Below, in pieces: positions 1 to 7,200 of a stretch of 64,000 bases of DNA. The notes beneath the pieces are model-generated. The model was not told the DNA's origin. It saw only the letters and a program-made list of their open reading frames with translations, and ran no database searches. The number at the start of each line of letters is the position of its first letter. The stretch's first letter is position 1. The position numbers were made by a program, and so were the translations under genes. Source of the stretch: Fimbriimonadia bacterium (GTDB lineage: Bacteria; Armatimonadota; Fimbriimonadia; Fimbriimonadales; JABRVX01); NCBI GenBank assembly GCA_041483895.1, contig JBGPGO010000013.1:1-64000 (forward strand), given 5' to 3'.

Positions 1-134
1 GCTGGTCGAACGCGGCATGCCGAAGAAACAAGCCCTGATCGCGGCGATGCGCAAGCTGCTGCTGATCCTCTACAGCGTGCTCAAAAACCGCAAGCCGTTC
101 TACGATCCACTCGCCACTTGACAAGACAGCATCT
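1..134 (+). mobile_element. Right end of an IS110-family insertion sequence (truncated by the window start)
   Basis: Transposase-like C-terminus in frame 2, followed by a very short right end: TTGACA (118-123) and ACAGCATCT (126-134) ending in a CT core, as recalled for IS621-type ends. Confidence 0.75.
2..121 (+). CDS. IS110-family transposase/recombinase, C-terminal fragment
   Basis: Own translation: LVERGMPKKQALIAAMRKLLLILYSVLKNRKPFYDPLAT*, matching the G-x-P-K-K-x-A-x-x-A-x-x-R-K-L-L tail of IS110 (Transposase_20) proteins. Confidence 0.8.
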   Translation: MVERGMPKKQALIAAMRKLLLILYSVLKNRKPFYDPLAT

Positions 135-167
135 TTCAGAAGCCCCCAACTGCCTACAACGGTTTGA

Positions 168-199
168 GAGGGATTCCTCGCTTCGCTTCGGAATGACAG
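168..199. repeat. Short palindromic repeat unit (GATTCCTCGC...GGAATGACA type)
   Basis: gagggattcctcgcttcgcttcggaatgacag with ATTCC/GGAAT arms; resembles a widespread intergenic palindromic repeat. Only one copy in the window. Confidence 0.45.
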
Positions 200-240
200 T
201 TTCTCAACTTCCTGCGTCCTGACTATTGGAGGTGACAAAC

Positions 241-681
241 GTGAAGGCAATCTGGGGAGTTCTGGTCATCGTTTTAGTGGCGGGGTGCGGCGGCGGCGCG
301 AGGCACCACAACCCGTGGGAGGGCCGGTATCAGGGCAGCTACGACTACACGGACGATTACGGCGATCTGGACATCTACGTGCACCGTGAGGGCGACATCG
401 ACGGCAGTTGGGCGAGCCGCATGGACGGCGCGACCGGCAACGTGTGGGGCAACATCAGCGACCCCGGCTATTTTGCGATCAATACCAAGTGGTTCACCGG
501 CACCGGGCACGGTGAGATTCAGCATGGCACGCGCATTCTGATTATCGATGACATCACCAGCCGCGCGCCGGGCGCCAAACTGCCCAAATTCACGCCGCTA
601 AAACAGGTCTCGCCGAACGATAACAAGCAGGCGTCGGCCAAACTTGCGGATAAGTCTGCGGGAGATTTGATTGGTTCGTGA
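241..681 (+). CDS. Hypothetical lipoprotein
   Basis: GGAGG upstream of GTG at 241; signal peptide with lipobox-like LVAG-C; beta-rich repeat of G-x-I-x-G-x-W. Confidence 0.7.
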   Translation: MKAIWGVLVIVLVAGCGGGARHHNPWEGRYQGSYDYTDDYGDLDIYVHREGDIDGSWASRMDGATGNVWGNISDPGYFAINTKWFTGTGHGEIQHGTRILIIDDITSRAPGAKLPKFTPLKQVSPNDNKQASAKLADKSAGDLIGS

Positions 682-710
682 GGCAGAATGACTAACTCCC
701 CTTGGATGTC

Positions 711-748
711 ATAGGACATATAGGACCTATACGACCTATATGTCCTAT
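711..748. repeat. 9-bp-period tandem repeat forming a perfect 14-bp hairpin
   Basis: ataggacat/ataggacct/atacgacct/atatgtcct; 711-724 is the exact reverse complement of 735-748. Confidence 0.8.
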
Positions 749-788
749 TGAACCTTCTTCTGGTACAATCCCCCCAACCTTCCGATAC

Positions 789-3530
789 ATGAAAGGGGAT
801 GTTCCAGAAGTGGAAGAGATCAGCACCCGTTACGAACCCAAACAATTTGAGCAAAAGTGGTACGAGTTTTGGGAGCAGAAGGGCTACTTTCGGCCCGAGA
901 GCGACCGGGACCCCAAGACCACCAAGAAGGCCTACTGCATCACCATCCCGCCGCCCAACATCACCGGCTCTCTGCACATCGGCCACGCGCTCTGCTACAC
1001 CATCCAAGACGTTTTAACCCGCTGGAAGCGAATGCAGGGCTTCAACACTCTCTGCCTGCCCGGCGCCGATCATGCCGGCATCGCCACACAGATGGTGGTG
1101 GAAAAGGCCCTCCGCGCGGAAGGCACGAGCCGCCGTGAGTTGGGGCGCGAAAAGTTCATCGAGCGCGTGTGGCAATGGAAAGAGCAGTACGGCGGCACCA
1201 TTATCGCGCAGTTCCGCCGCATGGGATTCTCTTTCGATTGGTCGCGGCTTCGATTCACGATGGACCCCGACTATGCCCACGGCGTGACGAAGATGTTCGT
1301 GGATTGGTGGGAGAACGGGCACCTCTACCTTGGCACGCGCGTGGGCAACTGGTGCCCCACCTGCCATACCGTTATTTCCGATATCGAGGTGGAGGACAAA
1401 GAGACAAACGGGAAACTGTATTACATTCGGTACCCGTTCGCGATGGGTGAGGGGCACATTGTTGTCGCGACGACCCGGCCGGAGACGATGCTGGGCGACG
1501 TGGCGGTGGCGGTCAATCCGGCGGACGAGCGATATATTCGATACCACGGCCAGGAGCTGGTTTTGCCCCTTGTTGGGCGCCCGATCCCCATCATCGCTGA
1601 CGAGCATCCTGACCCGGCTTTTGGCACGGGTGCGGTGAAGGTGACGCCCGCCCACGACCTGAATGACTACGAAATCGGACAGCGGCACGGCCTGGAGATG
1701 CCGGTGATTTTGGACGAGGACGCCCGTGTGGTCACGACCGATTTGATCAATGAATATGATGAAAACTTATACTTAACTAAGTACAACGGCATGGATCGGT
1801 ACGAGGCGCGCAAGGCCGTTCTGGCGGACCTGGAAGAGTTGGGACTGCTGGAAAAGGTGGAGGACCACAAGCTGGTGATGGGCGCCTGCGCCCGCTGCCA
1901 CACCGTCCTGGAACCCCTCCTCATGGAGCAGTGGTACGCCTACATGAAGCAGTTAGCCGAACCCGCCGCTGAGGTCGTGCGCAAGAATGAAATCCAGTTT
2001 TCGCCGAGCCGGTTCGAGGACATCTACCTAAGGTGGATGGAGAACATTCGGGACTGGCCGGTGTCGCGTCAATTGTGGTGGGGACACCAGATTCCGGCCT
2101 GGTACTGCCGCGCCTGCCACCCCGAGGACTTTGAGCAGGAAGACGGCGAGTGGAGGGTTTTGAAGCGCCGTTCGCCCATCGTCGCAATCGAACCTCCGAC
2201 GAAATGCCCCCATTGTGCGAGCAAGGACCTGGTGCGGGACCCCTGGGTGCTGGACACCTGGTTCTCCTCCGCCCTCTGGCCCCACGCCACGCTTGGTTGG
2301 CCCAAAGAGACGGACGACCTGCAGCGCTTCTACCCAACCGGCGTGCTGGTGACTGCCAAGGACATTATCTATCTCTGGGTCGCGCGCATGATCATGACCG
2401 GACTCTATTATCGCAAGCAGATTCCATTCAAGGATGTGTACATTTACGCGACCGTGCTGAACGAGCAGGGGCAACGGATGAGCAAGTCGCTGGGCACCGG
2501 CATTGATCCGTTGGAAGTGATCGACAAGTATGGCGCGGACGCGCTGCGCTATTCCCTGCTGCTGCAAACCGGTACAAATCAGGAGATTCGGTTCGGGGAA
2601 AAGCGAATCGAAGAAGGCCGCAACTTCTGCAACAAGATATGGAACGCGTCGAGATTTGTGTTGATGAACATCGAACCTCCTCTAACCGCGCCGTCCGCTC
2701 AAGGGGACCTGATCGATACGTGGATCCTTTCGCGACTGTCAGATACCATCTCCGCGGTGACGAAGGGGCTGGAAGACTACAACATGGCAGACGCCACGAA
2801 GCCGCTGTTCGAGTTCTTTTGGGGCGAGCTGTGCGACTGGTACATCGAGGCAGCGAAACCGCGGCTGGCGGACCCCGCGCGGCGCGGCGCGGTGCAGTCG
2901 GTGCTGCTGCATGTGATGGACTCCTATCTGCGATTGCTCCATCCCTTTATGCCGCATATTTCGGAAGAGATCTACCAGCGTTTGCCGGGTCACGGGGAGA
3001 GCCTTTGCATCGCGGATTGGCCCACACCCACCCCACGCGATCCGGAGGCGGAAAAGGCGATGGAGACGTTGATGGAGATCGTGCGCGGTGTGAGAAATCT
3101 GCGCGCCGAAGTGGGAATTTCCGCGATGCAGACCCTGCCACTCGTGTACATCGTCGCCCAATCGGAAGAAGCGACCGCCGCTATCGCTCAGGAAGACGGC
3201 CTGATTGCGGGCCAAGCATGGTTCGAGCGCGTGGAATTCGCCATGCCCGGACACGACGTGAAGAGGGTCGAGATATCCGCCGGGGGAGCGGACATTTACT
3301 TGCCTATCGAAGGCGTCATCGATATGGGCGCAGAGCGGTCCCGGCTGGATCGCGAGCGCCAAAAGCTGGAAGCCGAATTGGAAGCGGTGAAGGGCCGCCT
3401 GGGCAACCCGATGTTTGTGGACCGCGCCAAGCCCGAGGCGGTGGCAAAGGCCCGGCAGGACCTGGAATCGCTTGCGTCTGCCCTTGCGAAAGTCATGGAC
3501 CGGCAACAGCTCTTTGCTAATACAGATTAA
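789..3530 (+). CDS. valS: Valine--tRNA ligase
   Basis: PPPNITGSLHIGHA (HIGH), ATTRPETMLGD, SRQLWWGH, RMSKSLG (KMSKS), C-terminal coiled coil. Start at 789 or GTG 810. Confidence 0.97.
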   Translation: MKGDVPEVEEISTRYEPKQFEQKWYEFWEQKGYFRPESDRDPKTTKKAYCITIPPPNITGSLHIGHALCYTIQDVLTRWKRMQGFNTLCLPGADHAGIATQMVVEKALRAEGTSRRELGREKFIERVWQWKEQYGGTIIAQFRRMGFSFDWSRLRFTMDPDYAHGVTKMFVDWWENGHLYLGTRVGNWCPTCHTVISDIEVEDKETNGKLYYIRYPFAMGEGHIVVATTRPETMLGDVAVAVNPADERYIRYHGQELVLPLVGRPIPIIADEHPDPAFGTGAVKVTPAHDLNDYEIGQRHGLEMPVILDEDARVVTTDLINEYDENLYLTKYNGMDRYEARKAVLADLEELGLLEKVEDHKLVMGACARCHTVLEPLLMEQWYAYMKQLAEPAAEVVRKNEIQFSPSRFEDIYLRWMENIRDWPVSRQLWWGHQIPAWYCRACHPEDFEQEDGEWRVLKRRSPIVAIEPPTKCPHCASKDLVRDPWVLDTWFSSALWPHATLGWPKETDDLQRFYPTGVLVTAKDIIYLWVARMIMTGLYYRKQIPFKDVYIYATVLNEQGQRMSKSLGTGIDPLEVIDKYGADALRYSLLLQTGTNQEIRFGEKRIEEGRNFCNKIWNASRFVLMNIEPPLTAPSAQGDLIDTWILSRLSDTISAVTKGLEDYNMADATKPLFEFFWGELCDWYIEAAKPRLADPARRGAVQSVLLHVMDSYLRLLHPFMPHISEEIYQRLPGHGESLCIADWPTPTPRDPEAEKAMETLMEIVRGVRNLRAEVGISAMQTLPLVYIVAQSEEATAAIAQEDGLIAGQAWFERVEFAMPGHDVKRVEISAGGADIYLPIEGVIDMGAERSRLDRERQKLEAELEAVKGRLGNPMFVDRAKPEAVAKARQDLESLASALAKVMDRQQLFANTD

Positions 3531-4214
3531 TCACCGAGCAAGCGGTGATAGCTTGTCCAGTTTCCACCATTCAGGAATCATCCAAAACGGCACGTATGTC
3601 TCAGCGGAGACAAAGTCGACACCCGTGACGTTGTTTATCCGAAAGATTTCGACGGCCCTCTCTGAAGCGAACTGATAGCCACCCCAACCAATGACTTCAA
3701 AGAGGTCTGTGCCATCGTAGTTCTGGGTATCGAGAATTAGGCCATTATATTTCTTGACCTGCTCATTTGACTGACAAAATATACACATATCCTTCGATTT
3801 CCGAACAAAACCCGACATCCTTTCATCAAACTTAAGTGGAAGTTGGATGAGATGAATTTCCCGATAAACGGGCGGCTGCTTTTTCAATTTGTCAAGCGAA
3901 CGATGGGCCACTCGGACGACGGTCGCAGGAGGTGCCATACTTTCAATTCCGGTGATACCATTATCTAAGACAATCTGCAAGAGCCGATCCGATGCGAAGA
4001 GCGAAAAGGTGACATGAAGTAGGTCGGGATATTTCGTGTTGCTCAGCTCAAACAGATGGGGAGGTAACCACACTTTGTGACCAAGCTGACTTCCGCATTC
4101 GGGGCAACGGGGACCGTCTCCAATCAGAACCGGATCAACCTCGTCAGGCTCGGCGTAGTGGGCTTCGTATGTCGGGGAGCCACTAAGGCCCCGATTTATC
4201 AGAAAGAACTTCAT
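3531..4214 (-). CDS. Putative immunity protein for the RHS toxin (two CxxC motifs; Imm11/DUF1629-like)
   Basis: 4-nt overlap with the toxin stop; CPEC and CIFC motifs; YDGTDLF...FASER C-terminal motif; AT-richer than flanking genes. Confidence 0.7.
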   Translation of the reverse strand: MKFFLINRGLSGSPTYEAHYAEPDEVDPVLIGDGPRCPECGSQLGHKVWLPPHLFELSNTKYPDLLHVTFSLFASDRLLQIVLDNGITGIESMAPPATVVRVAHRSLDKLKKQPPVYREIHLIQLPLKFDERMSGFVRKSKDMCIFCQSNEQVKKYNGLILDTQNYDGTDLFEVIGWGGYQFASERAVEIFRINNVTGVDFVSAETYVPFWMIPEWWKLDKLSPLAR

Positions 4215-7200
4215 CGGCGGGGAATTCCTCCACGAAGGGTTGGAATATAGCCTGGGAATTTGCTTTGGGAATCAGGTCGACCGTACCAATCCTGGAGAAA
4301 TCCTTCGAACTCCTCGATTGTCGCCTTCCTATTGGTGCCCAACCAATCCTCCACAGTCGGGTCGAATTCTCTATGCCAGCTGCAATAGCCGTCGTGAGCA
4401 GCGGCATCCTTCGCTCTAACCATCAAATTGGCATCCTCCCTGGAAACTTTTCCGGCGAGGGTCTGGTGCTTCGCCAGCGCCCGCTCGGTCCTTCTCGTGA
4501 TCACGTGGTGCTTCTGACCGCACTGATTATGAACCAGAATTCCGGCTGGCGAGACAAAGTAGGTATGGTCCTCGCCGACCTCCAGGTTGTACACCTTGAC
4601 AGGGAAGACCTCTCTCGAGACCACCGCAATCTGAAGCGGTCCTGCGCGGGTCTGGACGCAGTTGCCAACTTGAAGCAGCCCAGCGGGAACCCATCCGGCG
4701 TCAGGGACATAGACCGGGTGCTCCTCGGTCAGTCGGAGAATGGTTCCGTCAGAAAGACCGAGAACGACCAAGCTCTCCACCTGCCGAACGAACGCCCGCG
4801 TGACTGAAGCGAGATGCACCTTCAATTCGGCGGTCCCAGGTGCCGGCGACGCAATCTTCCCCATCCGCTGTACGGTGGCGCCGCCGACGGCAAACACCTT
4901 GTCCCCGGGCCGAATCTGCTCGATCGGCCGCATCCCGTCTTCTGTCCACACAAGCGTGCCGGCAGGGAAACAGTTACCGAGCCCAAGAAGCTTCCGGATC
5001 CAGTTACCGAGACTAGCCCACTTGTTCTTGATGCCGGTCCAAAAGCCCGCAAGCCACTTGTTGTGCGCCAAAACCTGATCCGAGCCGACAAAGTAGGTGT
5101 GAGGTGAATCAACCGAGAGGTTATAAACGGGGACGGCAGGAAGCGACTCGATAGCCGTAATCTGCACCTGGTCGGAGTGCGTCACCAACCAATCGCCGAC
5201 CTTCAGTCGGGACGCGGGGACCCAGCCGGAACCGACCCGATACAAGGGGTGCTCGCCAGTCACTTCCAAGGCGCCCTGCGAGGCGAACGTCAAACGCAAT
5301 CTCTCCGCCCCAGGAAGCTCGATCAGAGATAGCACCTTGGCGGTCGTATTCAGCCCGGTCGACGCATCGCGAGCGACCACGACGTCACCCGAATGAAGCT
5401 GATCGATGGCCGTGTAGCCCGTGGGCGTCAGTACCGGTGTTCCCGCCGGAAAACATGCATGAGATTCCTTTGCTACCTTGAAATACTCGACGGCCTCCTG
5501 CGTGCCTTTGATCAACCCCTTTACCAATGGCGGCGCCGCAAATGGGACCGCCGCACAGGCCACGTCGATTGCGGCGTCCATGAACTTCTGCCGCGCAGTC
5601 TCCGAATCGCCGGAGAGTTCCGCCCCGATCCCTTCTCCCAAATCGTACAAGAAGAATGCCCCGTCCATTATCAGCCACCAACACTCGCCGGAGGGATCCG
5701 ATCGAACGATGGGACTGTTGCCGCAATAGGAATAGACATTTGGGTCGTTGCCGAACGGTCCGATCGGGTCCCGCTGCAGCCACCGGCCAACATGCGGGTC
5801 GTACTCCCTAGCGCCAATGTGATATAGCTTTGTGGCGGGAATGTATTGGTAGCCGTCAGCCGAATTCCAACGGAATGGATTGGAAGTGGCGCCCGTCTGA
5901 CTTACGATGTTGCCCCAGGCGTCGTATGTGTATTTGTCGGTGATCGTGCCCTGATTGGTGACAAGAAGCCGGGAATTTCCCAGGCCGTCCCCAAGGTAAT
6001 ATTTTCGTGCGGCGCCCGCCACCTGATACACCGGACCCGCCGGACCCCACACATAGCGAGCGACCAAATTGCCGGCGCTATTCAGCTCGGCAATCAGGTC
6101 ACCGAACTGATCGTATAGATAGTAGCTGGTGGTGGTGCCAACCGTTTGCTTAACGCGTTGGTCTAGGGCGTCATAGGATGCTTGATTGATGGGTGAGCCG
6201 GACAGCCGTACTTCAACAAGATTGTCCAAACTGTCAAAATTGGTGTCCGTGACACCCGCCGCATCCGTTCTTTGCGACCGAGCTCCGTTGCTATCGTAAA
6301 GATAGCTGGCCACTCCGCTGTCTGTCGCTAGCTGATTCGTATGGACCGTGCCGGCCGAATATTCCGTGAATGTGCGCGTGCCCAAAGTGGCCAGATTCCC
6401 GCCCAGGTCATATGTGAAGTTGGTCGGCGTGCCCGCGCGGGTCTCTTGACGAAGCTGCCCGTACGGATCGTATGCCCATGCAACGTTGGTGGTGCTCAGA
6501 CCGACCATTTCGGTGGAAGACGCAGGCAGGTTGTCGGGATACGGAGCGTAAGAGTAACTCGCTAGCACCGCGCCCGGATTGCCGAACAGCATCATTTGGA
6601 ATGCGACCTTGCGATGCTCCACTCGCTCGAGGAAATCATGTCCGTGACCGGCCGAATCACCCCAATAAAGGGACGTCTCCAGCTTTTCCCCGGCCATCGA
6701 GATCAGGACGAGATTGCCCGCGCCGTCGTAGGTGAAGGTCGTCACTTCCGTCGGCGAAGTTGTGTCATCGTCGATTTCTATCACACGACCGGCCGCGTCA
6801 TACGTGTAGTTGAGGCGTTGCAGAATCGTCGATCCGAGCTTCAGAGTCTCTCGGCTGACGGAACCGTCGGGCGTATACAGGTAGTCGATGACGTATCCGG
6901 TCCCCGGCCCATTTGGGTATTGCGTCATCCGGCTCACCCAATTCGTGAGAGGGTCGTAGATAAAGTCAGTTCGTCGCAGCTCCACGCCGCTATCGGTCAC
7001 CTTCGCGGACTGGACAACTCCGCCCGGGTCATACACATATTCGTGCGTTGTCGTGCCAAATATCCTCTTGCGCAGCCATCGGTTCTTGTTGTATTCATAG
7101 CTGACCGTGCCGGTCGGCCGGACGATCTGCCGGATCAATCCATCGGTTGTGTAGTTGAACAGAACTGTGCGTGACGCGACGGTCGATCCGTCCCAGGAAT

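Noticed and set aside
702..788. N-terminal extension of ValS in the ORF track
   Set aside because: Read-through of the 9-mer palindrome and promoter; the real start is at 789 or 810.
4526..5455. Classical inteins or homing endonuclease
   Set aside because: No endonuclease insert and no Cys/Ser/Thr at +1; motifs fit pre-toxin HINT/BIL domains.
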